A stretch of 63,508 nt of DNA, filler included, from Candidatus Woesearchaeota archaeon (lineage in GTDB: Archaea; Nanobdellota; Nanobdellia; Woesearchaeales; J072): the NCBI GenBank assembly GCA_003695265.1. It is 6 parts of 6 records of this genome, joined end to end, with 100 filler letters (N's around TTAATTAATTAA, not from the genome) between each part and the next. Parts side by side here need not be neighbours in the genome. Positions count along the whole stretch, not along the records: positions 16,447 to 22,674 come from RFII01000011.1; positions 22,775 to 30,976 come from RFII01000088.1; 4 more parts are not named here. One strand, given 5' to 3'. Positions 17,502 to 27,712 of this stretch are shown in pieces; the first letter of the stretch is position 1; every line of letters begins with the position of its first letter. The position numbers and the translations under genes are program-made. The notes under the pieces are model-generated. The model searched no databases, was not told where the DNA came from, and saw only the letters and a program-made list of their open reading frames with translations.

Positions 17502-18462
17502 TTAAGAATTCAGAAGGGCTTTTCAAGTACTTTATGCTCGGCTTTAACTCAATTCTGTGGCTCAGCACAGAAAGAACAGCATCCTTAATATCATCAAAAC
17601 TCACGTTTTTTCTGTTTGCAATAATAGCGTTTGCCTGCGCTCTCTCGTACAGGCCAAGCGATGCCCTGACGCTCGGCAGTTTTTCAAGGTCGTCTGATTC
17701 GCGCAAACCCCTAACAAACCTCACAGCTATGCTCAAAAGTATCTCAGGAAATTCAACGCCAAGGTTTTTTCCCTTAACCTTTACTATGTGCTTTTCAACC
17801 TCATCACTCTCAGGAAAATCCATATTAATTATGTCAAACCTGTCAAGCAGGCCGTCAGACAATTTTTCCGTGTTTATGTCTTTTGGGTTGAGAGTGCCGA
17901 TAAAAACAAAGTCTGCCTCAAAGTCAAGGTCATAACTTCCAATAGTTGCTTTTCCCTCTTCCAGTATTTGGAGCAAAGTGTTCTGCAGCCTTTCCGGGCA
18001 CCTGTTTAGCTCGTCAAAGAAAAGAACGCCGTTGTTGGCTTTGAATATCTTGCCAGGAGTGAATGCTTCTGTGCTCAGAGGCCCGTACTTCAAGGCCTTT
18101 ATAGGATCAATGTCTCCGATCAAGTCCTCTGAGGTCAGATCAGGGCTGCCCTGAATTCTGATGAAGCGCTCCTTTCCAGAAACCTTTTTTGTTTTCTGCC
18201 TTGAGCTCCTGCAGGCAGGGCAAACAGGCTTTTTTGGAAGGCAGTTAAAGCCGCAGTCATTAACTGTTTTGCTGGGCAGTATTTTTGCAACGTTCTTTGC
18301 CAAAGTCGTTTTTCCTATTCCAGGCTGGCCTATTATTAATACATGCCTTCCGCTAAGAAGAGCAGAGGACAACTGTTTTTTTGCTTCTTCCTGGCCGATA
18401 ATCTCATCAAAAGGGTTCTCTTTCTCCATTAGGCTTCTTGATATCTCATTGCTTACGCTCAT
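17437..18462 (-). CDS. MoxR/Mg-chelatase ChlI-like AAA+ ATPase
   Basis: Walker A GQPGIGKT, Walker B LFFDELNR, sensor TLNP, LLDRF; Cys-rich insert CGFNC..CPAC. Confidence 0.9.
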   Translation of the reverse strand: MSVSNEISRSLMEKENPFDEIIGQEEAKKQLSSALLSGRHVLIIGQPGIGKTTLAKNVAKILPSKTVNDCGFNCLPKKPVCPACRSSRQKTKKVSGKERFIRIQGSPDLTSEDLIGDIDPIKALKYGPLSTEAFTPGKIFKANNGVLFFDELNRCPERLQNTLLQILEEGKATIGSYDLDFEADFVFIGTLNPKDINTEKLSDGLLDRFDIINMDFPESDEVEKHIVKVKGKNLGVEFPEILLSIAVRFVRGLRESDDLEKLPSVRASLGLYERAQANAIIANRKNVSFDDIKDAVLSVLSHRIELKPSIKYLKSPSEFLNEEFRKFAEENRETIEKGGYL

Positions 18463-18483
18463 AAGCCCTGTGAAAGAATTATC

Positions 18484-19074
18484 TTATATAAATGTAATGA
18501 AAAATTTTGTTAAGGTCATGACAGAGCCAGCAGCCAAAGGAACCAAAAGGTTGTCGTCAACTGTTGTTTCGCTTATCCTTATCTCAATCGCTTCAACAGC
18601 CATTCCGGCTACAGCTCCAACAAACGCTAATAAGGGCTCTGTGAAAAGCATAGCAGCCAAAAACGATACTGCAGCTCCGACTGCTGAAGCCTCAACTGAT
18701 TTTTTCAACGTATTTGTTTTTTTGAAGAACAACGCACTGATATGAGATGTTGAGTCTCCGAATACAAGGACGCAAATCGCTGCCAATGCAATGCTCTTTT
18801 CAAAAACAAACATTGACAAGACTATTCCTGACAAAAAAAATATCAATCCCTTAAACGGAAAATTCTTCCTTACTTCGGGTCTTTCAAACTTTTCAAGGAG
18901 CCAGTCAAGCCAGGAGCTTCTTGACTTTGCGTACATAGACGCAAAAAGGCTTGCCAAAAGCATGAGATAAATTATAATTCTTGGAAGTGCGCCAACATAA
19001 AAAAGAGTAATTATTATTATTCCTCCAATAATATGAACTGCTTTTCTTCCTAGTTCTGACTTGATATTTTCCAT
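18484..19074 (-). CDS. Dolichol/phytol kinase-like (CTP_transf_1) membrane protein
   Basis: ELGRKAVH, VFGDS, KKSVEAS, DDNLLVP motifs; start moved to ATG 19074. Confidence 0.85.
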   Translation of the reverse strand: MENIKSELGRKAVHIIGGIIIITLFYVGALPRIIIYLMLLASLFASMYAKSRSSWLDWLLEKFERPEVRKNFPFKGLIFFLSGIVLSMFVFEKSIALAAICVLVFGDSTSHISALFFKKTNTLKKSVEASAVGAAVSFLAAMLFTEPLLAFVGAVAGMAVEAIEIRISETTVDDNLLVPLAAGSVMTLTKFFITFI

Positions 19075-19628
19075 TTTATGTTTGTCTTTTCTTGCAGCAA
19101 CACATACATTTTTCCAATGACCAAGCCTATGACAGCTCCAGCTACCACATCGCTTAAGTAGTGGTATCCGTTGTAAATCCTGCTGAAACCTACAAGCAGG
19201 CCAAACAGAATCCAGAACCACTTGAACATAGGGTATTCCTTGTCAAGTATTGGTATTGCAGCAAACGCTAATGCTGTGTGCGTGCTTGGAAAACTGTAAT
19301 CCGGCAGCCTGCTGAAAAAAGGGATGAAAACCTCAAAGAAAGGCCTTGGCCTTTGCACTAGGAATTTTATTGCGAGGCTGATTATTCCTGCTGTGAAAAA
19401 GCTAATCCATAACGGCATAACATACCTTATCTTTTTCTCCTGAATTAAGAAAAAGCTTGTGAGAAGTATCAATACAATGAATGTTGAGGCGAAGTAGCTC
19501 ATCCATCCCATAAAATAATCAAATAAAGGGTTTCTTATAAGGTCAACTAGTTCAAAGAAAGCATGATCTACTGCAAATGACAATATTAAAACCGCGCTGA
19601 AAATTATTAATATCTTGTGTTTTTTCAT
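19050..19628 (-). CDS. PAP2-family membrane phosphatase
   Basis: K-x6-RP (KFLVQRPRP), SFPSTH, SRIYNGYHYLSD. Confidence 0.93.
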   Translation of the reverse strand: MKKHKILIIFSAVLILSFAVDHAFFELVDLIRNPLFDYFMGWMSYFASTFIVLILLTSFFLIQEKKIRYVMPLWISFFTAGIISLAIKFLVQRPRPFFEVFIPFFSRLPDYSFPSTHTALAFAAIPILDKEYPMFKWFWILFGLLVGFSRIYNGYHYLSDVVAGAVIGLVIGKMYVLLQEKTNIKWKISSQN

Positions 19629-19629
19629 C

Positions 19630-20103
19630 TTAATACTTAACAAAAAATTGAAACACCCCCTTTCCTGAGAGCACTGCCACAGTCACAATAGCTCCTGCAA
19701 TCAACACTCCTATGACTGTTGCAATCACGAATTTCTTGAACCTTAAGCCGATTATTTCAGACGCTATTGCCCCTGAATAAACACCCGATCCTGGAAGTGG
19801 GATGCCAATGAATATCGCTATGGCCCATTCCCCATACTTTTCCACGCCGCTTCTTATCTTTTTCTGTGTTCTTAGCACATAATAATCATACAATCGTCTG
19901 AAAAGCTTAAACCTTAAAAACATATGTATTACGTAATTGATGAAGAGGTAAACAAGAATGCCTAATATTATGTTTGTTGCGACGCATACTGCAAAAACCA
20001 ATGGCCATCCAAGGTCTGTGTTGAGTATGCCATAAGGTATGCTTGCCCTTAATTCCAGAAAGGGCAGAAGCGTTATCAATATAAGGTTTATTATCTCAAG
20101 CAT
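19630..20103 (-). CDS. Small multidrug export protein family (PF06695, DedA superfamily)
   Basis: LPFLELRASIPYG and FIGIPLPGSGVYSG signatures. Confidence 0.85.
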   Translation of the reverse strand: MLEIINLILITLLPFLELRASIPYGILNTDLGWPLVFAVCVATNIILGILVYLFINYVIHMFLRFKLFRRLYDYYVLRTQKKIRSGVEKYGEWAIAIFIGIPLPGSGVYSGAIASEIIGLRFKKFVIATVIGVLIAGAIVTVAVLSGKGVFQFFVKY

Positions 20104-21311
20104 TTTATCTTCTTCACTCTTTCCTTGATATAATCATCTTTTATTATGTCGCGCACAAGCTGCGCGGGATTTTTGTATTTTCTTTTCAGCTTTGCATAAA
20201 CCCTGTTTTTCTTATAAAAGATTCTTTTGTGCTTCCCCTTAAATTTCTTTACATCCTTTTTTTTGTGTAACGGCGGGCCCTGCCTGATTATGAATTCGGG
20301 AAGGTTTTCTTTCTTTATAATAAAATAGGCTTTTGCTGTCTTGCCGAATTCCCATTCAAACTTTAAAATCTTAAAATCGTTCTTTCTTAAACTTCTTTTT
20401 ATGTGTTCAAGTGCTTTCATCACTTTTGCTCCTGCCACATCACCCTTGTCATCTTTTGGGGTTATTGAAAGAATTATCGCAAAGTCTTTTGTTGCTTTTG
20501 CTTCCTTTAAGTCGAGCTTCTTTATCCTGAAGAACTCTTCTGAGGGCTTCATTAAGAAAGACTCTGCGGCTTTCCTGAAAGCATCATATTTTTCTCTTGA
20601 AAGCGCAGCAGCAGCGTTCCTCTCAGGCATTATAGGATCAATTATTACTAGGGGAGAGCTTATCTTTGCTGAGTTTAGCATGTACAAAGCCTTGCCGTTA
20701 AAATGGTTGTAGAAGTCTATAACTTCCCTCTGCTTCCACCCCAAGCTGTTTTTCAGCAGCTCTAAAAATCCACCATAATAAATTATTAAGATGTCAAGCA
20801 CGTGCCCTGAGAAGCCCTTGACGTAGGATTCTGCGCCGTACACTTTCTGAGCCTTGCAGAACTGCTTCGCAAGCCTTATGTCATCCCTTATTTTCTGGTT
20901 TGAGTTCCTCAGAACCCATTCAACATGCAAAGGGCTCATGTCAGTAACGTTCTTTGCCTCGCTTGCTTTGCTTATCTTTAGCACAGGCACCACTTCAAAC
21001 AACATTCCTTCTTTTTTTATCTGAAAGTAATCCCTGCTTCCGTGAACAACGTCTTTTTTGTAAGGCTTCAGGATTTCTTCTAGTATTTCTGACAAGTTTT
21101 TATATTTTGGGCTGAACCTCACAAAAACATCAACGTCAAAGTCTCCTTTTAAGTGAGTGCCCTTTGCCACTGAGCCTCCTACAACAGCTTCTGCACTTAT
21201 CCCTAATTTTTTTATTCTTAAGTTTAACTCTTTCAGAAACAATCCTGCTTTTTTCTGCACTGAATTATCTGGTTTTATTCTCTTCAATACTTTGCGCAAT
21301 ATTTCGTCCAT
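20091..21311 (-). CDS. cca: Archaeal CCA-adding enzyme (class I tRNA nucleotidyltransferase)
   Basis: GGSVAKGTHL..DFDVDVF, VYGAESYVKGFSG, IDP..RNAAAA; start moved to ATG 21311. Confidence 0.93.
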   Translation of the reverse strand: MDEILRKVLKRIKPDNSVQKKAGLFLKELNLRIKKLGISAEAVVGGSVAKGTHLKGDFDVDVFVRFSPKYKNLSEILEEILKPYKKDVVHGSRDYFQIKKEGMLFEVVPVLKISKASEAKNVTDMSPLHVEWVLRNSNQKIRDDIRLAKQFCKAQKVYGAESYVKGFSGHVLDILIIYYGGFLELLKNSLGWKQREVIDFYNHFNGKALYMLNSAKISSPLVIIDPIMPERNAAAALSREKYDAFRKAAESFLMKPSEEFFRIKKLDLKEAKATKDFAIILSITPKDDKGDVAGAKVMKALEHIKRSLRKNDFKILKFEWEFGKTAKAYFIIKKENLPEFIIRQGPPLHKKKDVKKFKGKHKRIFYKKNRVYAKLKRKYKNPAQLVRDIIKDDYIKERVKKIKCLR

Positions 21312-21483
21312 ACACTGGGTGTGTTTTATATGGTATAAAATATTTGTGTTTGCAAACATAATAAAAAAATAAAAATGCTTTACAAATGAGCTAGCCCTTG
21401 TAAAATTTTTAATTGTCGTTGTTAAAATCAAAAACTTATTAAACATCTTCTTCTCCTACAATCATCATTAAAAGAGGTGTGCT

Positions 21484-22674
21484 ATGGAAGAGGCATTAAT
21501 TTACTTAACATACATTGTTGTTATTTTGCTTCTAGGCTTAATATGCACTTTAATAACCAACAGGCTCAGAATTCCTAATGTTTTGTTCCTCATCTTAATA
21601 GGTGTTTTTCTTAATTCTGTGAGGGTTGACGGCAAGCCGGTAATTGATTTTTCTCCTGTTTTTATCGTGGCTATAAGCATTATTGCTCTTGTCCTTATAG
21701 TGTTTGACAGCTCCTCAAGATTGAAGCTCAAGCAGTTTGACACTTTCTCAAGCAAAGCGCTTAAGATGACGATTATTGCTCTTGTCCTTAATGTTTCTGT
21801 TCTGGGCTCAGCTGCTTTTTTGCTGTTCGGCATTAAGTCTGTGCCTTTTGTTATTATCCTTGGCATAATACTAAGCGGTACAGGGCCTGACGTTGTTATG
21901 ACGATTCTGAAGCAGAAAAGCCTTAAGACAGTTGAGTTCTTGAAAATAGAGTCTATTCTTAACACGCCGCTTACTGTTTTGCTGCCTTTTATAATATTAG
22001 ACTTGGTCGGCGCTTTTAAGGGCGCTGTTTTTCCTAAAATATTCGAGCACTTTGTCCCTTTTCTCCAGCAGATAGTGGCTGGCATCGGAGCAGGCATTGT
22101 CATCGGAATAATTGTTTTTAAGGTAATGCGCAAAAGTTACTCTGAGACATTGTCTCCTCTTGCGATAATAACAGCAGCCCTCCTCTCATACATACTTGCA
22201 GAGAACCTCGGCGGCAACGGCGTATTGGCTGTTACAACCCTCGGCTTGTTCTTTGGAAACGTGTACATAAAGGAGAAGGGTACTATGCAGGAATTCTCGT
22301 CAATGTTTGCAAATTCCCTTGAAATCCTTGTTTTTATTCTTGTCGGATTAATCATCTCTATTCCAATGAATCCAGGGTTTTTGGGAAGGTGCTTTTTATT
22401 ATACATTGTTTATTTGGCTTTAAGGTACGTGTCTTTGCGCATCACTTTTCTCAAGTCAAATTTCACGGACAAAGAGCTTTTATACATGACGCTTGTTTCT
22501 CCAAAAGGAATCGCGACAGCAGCCATAACTTTTTCTTTGCTTAGTTTGAACAGCAAAATCACAGGAATGCTGAATGTTATACTAGTCACTATGATTTACA
22601 CGATAATCATCTCAACTTTTATTGTGAAAGCACAGAACTTCTTTATGCATCCTGCTGATAAGGAGCATGTTAAT
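21484..22674 (+). CDS. CPA1 Na+/H+ antiporter (NhaP-like); stop codon beyond contig end
   Basis: Multi-TM, LKIESILN, NGVLAV, SPKG motifs; RBS AGAGGTG. Confidence 0.85.
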
Positions 22675-22774
22675 NNNNNNNNNNNNNNNNNNNNNNNNNN
22701 NNNNNNNNNNNNNNNNNNTTAATTAATTAANNNNNNNNNNNNNNNNNNNNNNNNNNNNNNNNNNNNNNNNNNNN
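22675..22774. other. Artificial contig linker
   Basis: N44-TTAATTAATTAA-N44. Confidence 0.98.
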
Positions 22775-22792
22775 AAGCTTCAGCATATAATC

Positions 22793-22834
22793 TAACGGAA
22801 TAACCTTTTCATTTAAATTTCTTTCTATTCGTTA
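22793..22834. promoter_or_regulatory. Possible operator: imperfect inverted repeat around a TATA-like element upstream of the copper cluster
   Basis: TAACGGAATA ... ATTTAAAT ... TATTCGTTA. Confidence 0.3.
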
Positions 22835-22882
22835 AAAAATCAAGTGCAAATAATTAAATGCTTGGTAATTATACCTCTTTTT

Positions 22883-23083
22883 ATGAATAATTCAATGTTA
22901 TGCCCTGTATGCGGCAAAGATGTGGAAAGCGATGCAACAACAAAAGAGTTTTGCGCTCTGTGCGGAATGAACATCACAAAAGAAAACATTGTTGTGTGGA
23001 AAAGCGGGCCTAAAACAAAATATTTTTGCTGCGGCTCATGCTACAAGAAGTACATGAAGTTCCACACAAAAAATCTGGGGTGA
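22883..23083 (+). CDS. Small TRASH/YHS-like metal-binding protein
   Basis: CPVC, CALCGM, YFCCGSC; start could be 22883 or 22895. Confidence 0.75.
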   Translation: MNNSMLCPVCGKDVESDATTKEFCALCGMNITKENIVVWKSGPKTKYFCCGSCYKKYMKFHTKNLG

Positions 23084-23088
23084 TTAAT

Positions 23089-23484
23089 ATGGCAATTAAT
23101 ATGTACGGCTACAAAAAACAGGTTAATCTCGCGTATGAAAAAGCAGTTGAGAAAATTAAGGAAGAGCTGAAAAAAGAAGGCTTCGGCGTTCTAACAGAAA
23201 TAGACGTGAAAGCAACGCTTAAGAAAAAGCTCGGCGTAGATTTTGACAATTACATAATATTGGGCGCTTGCAATCCACCATCTGCATACAAGGCGTTGCA
23301 GGCAGAGCATGACATCGGCTTAATGCTTCCATGCAACGTTATTGTTTATGACAAGGATGGCAAAACATTTGCTTCAGCTGTTCTTCCAACAGCAGCTATG
23401 GGCATGATTGAAAATGAAAAGCTCAGTAGCATAGCTCAGGAAGTTGAAGAAAAGCTTAAGCGCGTAATTGACGCAATGAGGTGA
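23089..23484 (+). CDS. DUF302 family protein
   Basis: LKKEGFGVLTEIDV..TLKKKL..YIILGACNP..IGLMLPCNV; RBS GGGGTGA. Confidence 0.9.
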   Translation: MAINMYGYKKQVNLAYEKAVEKIKEELKKEGFGVLTEIDVKATLKKKLGVDFDNYIILGACNPPSAYKALQAEHDIGLMLPCNVIVYDKDGKTFASAVLPTAAMGMIENEKLSSIAQEVEEKLKRVIDAMR

Positions 23485-23489
23485 ATAAA

Positions 23490-23660
23490 ATGGTATTTGA
23501 GCTGTTTAAGAAGACAGATCCTGTTTGCGGCATGAAACAGGAAAAAGGCAAAGGCATTGAGAAGCGCGGGCATTGGTTTTGCAGCGAGAAATGCTTGAAA
23601 GAGTATGATGCAGGAATGAAAGCTGCCAGTAAAAAACGCGGTGGCTGCTGCTGCCATTAA
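23490..23660 (+). CDS. YHS/TRASH-domain protein, 56 aa (absent from ORF track)
   Basis: Manual translation MVFELFKKTDPVCGMKQEKGKGIEKRGHWFCSEKCLKEYDAGMKAASKKRGGCCCH; RBS GAGGTGA; fills the gap exactly. Confidence 0.88.
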   Translation: MVFELFKKTDPVCGMKQEKGKGIEKRGHWFCSEKCLKEYDAGMKAASKKRGGCCCH

Positions 23661-23664
23661 AAAA

Positions 23665-24072
23665 ATGATAAAAGCAGTGAAGGAAAAAATTGTTGGCGCG
23701 ACAGGAAGCGTTTCTGGGATTGCAAGCATTCTCGGCTCATGGCAGGTATGCCACAACATATGCCTTGGCATCATTGCATTGCTTGCATTTTTAGGAATCA
23801 CTGTTGTGGGTATGCCTTTAATGTTCCTAACAAAGCTTGCTGTTCCTTTCTGGACAGCCGCGTTTTTGTTGCTATTGGTCACATTGTGGTTTTACTTTAG
23901 GAAGCGGTGCATATCAAACAGGCTTATCATGTTCAACTCAGGGCTTATCATAGCAGGTGTTCCCTTCCAGCCATTACAGCAATTTTCCCCTGTTTTTTGG
24001 GTTGTCGGTGGGAGCCTTGCAATAATGGGAGTCTCGCTGTTCGTCAAAGACAAAATCATAAATAAAAGGTGA
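23665..24072 (+). CDS. Four-TM membrane protein with CHNIC motif (possible metal permease)
   Basis: Hydrophobic helices and a Cys pair near TM1; copper cluster context. Confidence 0.7.
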   Translation: MIKAVKEKIVGATGSVSGIASILGSWQVCHNICLGIIALLAFLGITVVGMPLMFLTKLAVPFWTAAFLLLLVTLWFYFRKRCISNRLIMFNSGLIIAGVPFQPLQQFSPVFWVVGGSLAIMGVSLFVKDKIINKR

Positions 24073-24076
24073 TATC

Positions 24077-24535
24077 ATGAAAAAGAAGAATGAGAATTAC
24101 ATTACATATGGAATAATAATCATTGCTGCAGTAATCCTTGCTTACTCAGTGGCAGGCTTTCTCAAAACAAATAATGGACCGGATTCACCTAAAACTGAGA
24201 TTCCAGAAACACCCGAGTTTGAGCCTGTCACGACAGGAACGACAGAGCCGGGAAGCGTGTCAGTAGAGCTGCAGCCACAATACATAAAAGACAGCAGGCT
24301 CGTTGTTAATGCCAGGCTAAACACGCACTCAGTTGACCTAAGCCAATTCGATCTAAAGCAGGTTACAACATTAGAGTATAATGGGAAAACTGTCAACCCG
24401 ATTGAAGCGCCTCAGCTTAGCGGGCACCATTCCAGAGGAAACATAATTTTTGAAGTTGGTGAAGAGCCAGAGTCTTTCAGGATAATAATCAAAGGAATTC
24501 CAAATGTTGAGGAAAGAATCTTTGAATGGAGGTAA
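24077..24535 (+). CDS. Membrane-anchored hypothetical protein (HSVDL, SGHH motifs)
   Basis: N-terminal TM and His motifs; RBS AAGGTGA. Confidence 0.75.
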   Translation: MKKKNENYITYGIIIIAAVILAYSVAGFLKTNNGPDSPKTEIPETPEFEPVTTGTTEPGSVSVELQPQYIKDSRLVVNARLNTHSVDLSQFDLKQVTTLEYNGKTVNPIEAPQLSGHHSRGNIIFEVGEEPESFRIIIKGIPNVEERIFEWR

Positions 24536-24539
24536 AAAA

Positions 24540-25076
24540 ATGAAAAAACAAGTATTATTACTCATAACCCTTTTTTCACTTATGAGCATTTTTGTTTTAG
24601 CTCACGGCGAAGAGACTTTTGCAGAAGCAGAGAGCATTATCAAGTCAAAAGTTCCGTGCGACAAGTTAAGTGATGAGCAGCTGGAAATGCTGGGCGATTA
24701 TTACATGGAGCAGATGCATCCCGGCGAGCAGCATGAGCGCATGGATGAGATGATGGGCGGCGAAGGGTCTGAGACTTTGCGAGAAATGCACATTCGAATG
24801 GGCCAGGCGTTTTACTGCGGCGAGCATGGAATGATGTCTGGTGGAATGATGAATATGATGATGGGCAGAGGAGCGGGAATGATGCCTGAATCCCAACGCA
24901 TAGAATCCCAAAATATAAATACGCAAAGAGCTGGCATGATGTCTGGCGGCATGATGTCAGGATTTGGAATTATGTCTGGCGGAATGTGGCTGTTATGGAT
25001 TTTGTACATTGCTGTTGCAGCGTTCATTGTGGGAATAATTTTTTGGTGGACATACAAATTAGTTATGAAGAAGTGA
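24540..25076 (+). CDS. Met/His-rich secreted membrane-anchored protein (putative Cu(I) binder)
   Basis: Signal peptide ending [19 protein letters not shown], repeated GMMSGGMM, C-terminal TM; RBS GGAGGT. Confidence 0.8.
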   Translation: MKKQVLLLITLFSLMSIFVLAHGEETFAEAESIIKSKVPCDKLSDEQLEMLGDYYMEQMHPGEQHERMDEMMGGEGSETLREMHIRMGQAFYCGEHGMMSGGMMNMMMGRGAGMMPESQRIESQNINTQRAGMMSGGMMSGFGIMSGGMWLLWILYIAVAAFIVGIIFWWTYKLVMKK

Positions 25077-25086
25077 GTCAAGCATT

Positions 25087-27537
25087 ATGAAAAAAAACAC
25101 TAAGACATGTGTTTTAGCAATCGGTGGAATGCATTGCGCTAGCTGCGCCGCTAACATAGAAAAATCACTGAAAAAGAAAAGCGGCGTTTTTGATGCTTCT
25201 GTTAATTTTGCTTCTGAAAAGGCAACAGTGAGCTTTGACCCGTCAAAAATTTCAGAAGATGCTTTGGAGAAAGCTGTTGAGAAGACAGGCTATAAAGTTA
25301 TAAGAAAGCCTGCCAAAAACGTTCTCAGGCTGCGCGTCATAGGCATGGACAACCCTCACTGCGTTGGAACTGTTAATGCAGGCCTTAGCAGGCTTAAAGG
25401 CGTCATATCAAAAGAACTGCTTGTCACAGAAAAAGCAACAATAGCCTATGATCCCTCTCTTGTCAGCCCTAAAAAAATTAAGGAAACAATTCAAAGCCTC
25501 GGATACAAGCCTGTTGAGGAAGCAGCGCATGACTCTGAGAAAGAAGCCAGAGAAAAAGAAATAAAAAGCCTGAAGAAAAAATTTGTTGTTAGCATTATCC
25601 TAAGCATTCCGCTCCTCTTCTTTGCAATGGCGCCGCACATAGGAATTTCAATTCCGGAGTTTTTCGAAAAAAACATGGCCTTAATCCAGTTTATTCTCAC
25701 AACGCCGATACTCCTTGTGGGGCACCAGTTTTACACAAGAGGTTTCCTTGCTGTGGTGAAGACTAAAAGCGCGACAATGGACACTTTGGTTGCGGTAGGC
25801 ACAGGCGCAGCCTACCTTTACAGCCTGTTCGTCTCAATAATGATATGGCTTGGAAACAAAGGCTTTGGGAACGACCAGCTTTATTTTGAAGTGGCCGGAA
25901 TCCTAATAACATTTATTCTTCTCGGAAAGTACTTGGAGGCAGTCGCGAAAGGAAAAACATCGCAGGCAATCAAGAAGCTTCTCAGCCTTCAGGCAAAAAC
26001 AGCTGTTGTTGTCCGTGGCGGTAAAGAAGTTGAGATACCCATAGAGGAGGTTGTTGTTGGGGACATAGTCTTAGTTAAGCCCGGCGAAAAAATTCCTGTT
26101 GACGGAATCATTATTGACGGCTGCTCATCCGTGGACGAGTCAATGATTACTGGAGAGAGCATTCCTGTAGAAAAAACAAAAGGGGACAAGGTCATAGGCG
26201 CAACTATTAACAAGGCTGGCTCGTTCCGCTTTAAGGCTACAAAGGTCGGCTCTGACACTGCATTAGCGCAAATCATTAAGCTGGTTGAAGAGGCGCAGGG
26301 AAGCAAGGCTCCAATCCAGGCTCTTGCTGACAAGATTTCAGCGTATTTCGTGCCGACAGTTGTTGTCATAGCATTGTTATCATTCTTCGCGTGGCTCCTT
26401 CTCGGTTTTGGATTTGGCTTTGCGCTAACAGCGTTTGTTGCAGTGCTCATAATAGCATGCCCGTGCGCGCTTGGCTTAGCCACTCCCACTGCCGTGATGG
26501 TCGGCACTGGCTTGGGGGCAGAGCACGGCATCCTGATCAAGAGCGCATCCGCACTCCAAACAGCACACAAGCTTGACACTGTCGTGTTTGACAAGACCGG
26601 AACCCTAACCCAGGGAAAGCCTAAGGTGACTGATATAATTCCCTTTGGCAAGCTAAGCGCTGATGAGCTTATCAAATACGCTGCAATAATTGAGAAAAGG
26701 TCAGAGCACCCTCTCGGAGAAGCTATTGTTGCAGAGGCAAAGCAAAAAAACATTAAGGTTAGCGACGCCGAATCATTCTTGTCAGTTACAGGAAAAGGCG
26801 TCAAGGCAAGATTTGAGGGGAAAACGCTGCTTCTCGGAAACAGGAGCCTGATGGCTGAGAGCAAAATAAGCGTGCAGGAGCATGAAGAAAGGATAAAATC
26901 GCTTGAGCAGGAGGGAAAGACTGTTATGATTATCGCAATAAACAACAAAGTCGCGGGCCTTATTGCTGTTGCTGACACGCTTAAAGAGCACTCGAAAGAG
27001 GCAGTTAAGGAATTGCAGCGCATGGGAAAAGAAGTCATAATGATAACAGGGGACAACAAGAGGACAGGAGAAGCTATTGGAAGAGAGCTCGGCATTAAGA
27101 GAGTGCTTGCAGAGGTTCTTCCAAAGGACAAGGCAAACGAAATAAAAAAGCTTCAGGAAGAGGGCAAAATTGTTGCCATGGTGGGAGATGGCATCAATGA
27201 CGCGCCTGCCCTCACCCAAGCTGATATCGGAATTGCTATCGGCTCAGGAACTGACATTGCCATAGAGGCAGGAGACATTGTGCTGATAAAAAATGACTTG
27301 CGCGACGTTGTAATGGCAATAAGCCTGAGCGGTTACGCGATGAGGAAAATCAAGCAGAACCTGTTCTGGGCTTTCTTTTACAACAGCATAGGAATACCTT
27401 TAGCAACCGGAATACTTTACCCTTTCACAGGATGGCTCTTAAGCCCGATAATTGCCGGAGCGGCAATGGCGTTCAGCTCAGTCAGCGTAGTCACCAATTC
27501 GCTCCTCATGAAAAACTACAAGTTTGCCAAAAGCTAA
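25087..27537 (+). CDS. copA: Copper-translocating P1B-type ATPase
   Basis: HMA GMHCASC (second HMA GMDNPHC), TGES, CPC, DKTGT, EHP, GDGIND, YN, MAFSS. Confidence 0.96.
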   Translation: MKKNTKTCVLAIGGMHCASCAANIEKSLKKKSGVFDASVNFASEKATVSFDPSKISEDALEKAVEKTGYKVIRKPAKNVLRLRVIGMDNPHCVGTVNAGLSRLKGVISKELLVTEKATIAYDPSLVSPKKIKETIQSLGYKPVEEAAHDSEKEAREKEIKSLKKKFVVSIILSIPLLFFAMAPHIGISIPEFFEKNMALIQFILTTPILLVGHQFYTRGFLAVVKTKSATMDTLVAVGTGAAYLYSLFVSIMIWLGNKGFGNDQLYFEVAGILITFILLGKYLEAVAKGKTSQAIKKLLSLQAKTAVVVRGGKEVEIPIEEVVVGDIVLVKPGEKIPVDGIIIDGCSSVDESMITGESIPVEKTKGDKVIGATINKAGSFRFKATKVGSDTALAQIIKLVEEAQGSKAPIQALADKISAYFVPTVVVIALLSFFAWLLLGFGFGFALTAFVAVLIIACPCALGLATPTAVMVGTGLGAEHGILIKSASALQTAHKLDTVVFDKTGTLTQGKPKVTDIIPFGKLSADELIKYAAIIEKRSEHPLGEAIVAEAKQKNIKVSDAESFLSVTGKGVKARFEGKTLLLGNRSLMAESKISVQEHEERIKSLEQEGKTVMIIAINNKVAGLIAVADTLKEHSKEAVKELQRMGKEVIMITGDNKRTGEAIGRELGIKRVLAEVLPKDKANEIKKLQEEGKIVAMVGDGINDAPALTQADIGIAIGSGTDIAIEAGDIVLIKNDLRDVVMAISLSGYAMRKIKQNLFWAFFYNSIGIPLATGILYPFTGWLLSPIIAGAAMAFSSVSVVTNSLLMKNYKFAKS

Positions 27538-27551
27538 TAAATATGCAAAAA

Positions 27552-27654
27552 AAGTTAAAGCCAATTTTGTTGTGTTAAAAAATTATAAAATTTTTTAGTC
27601 CCACCCACACCACCCATGCACAAAAGCTCGTCACAATTAAGTCGGCTTTAACTT
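27552..27654 (+). repeat. Dispersed intergenic element, copy 4
   Basis: 11-bp perfect terminal inverted repeat AAGTTAAAGCC/GGCTTTAACTT around TTAGTCCCACCCACACCACCC. Confidence 0.92.
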
Positions 27655-27712
27655 ATAAAAAGGAACTTTTAAAAACAAAAGATAATATCTGATTAAATAA
27701 AGCTGATTTAAG

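Noticed and set aside
25989..27131. 380-aa antisense ORF and other long antisense ORFs (e.g. 14560-15132, 21501-22133, 57521-58045)
   Set aside because: Shadow frames of well-supported genes on the opposite strand, without motifs or RBS.
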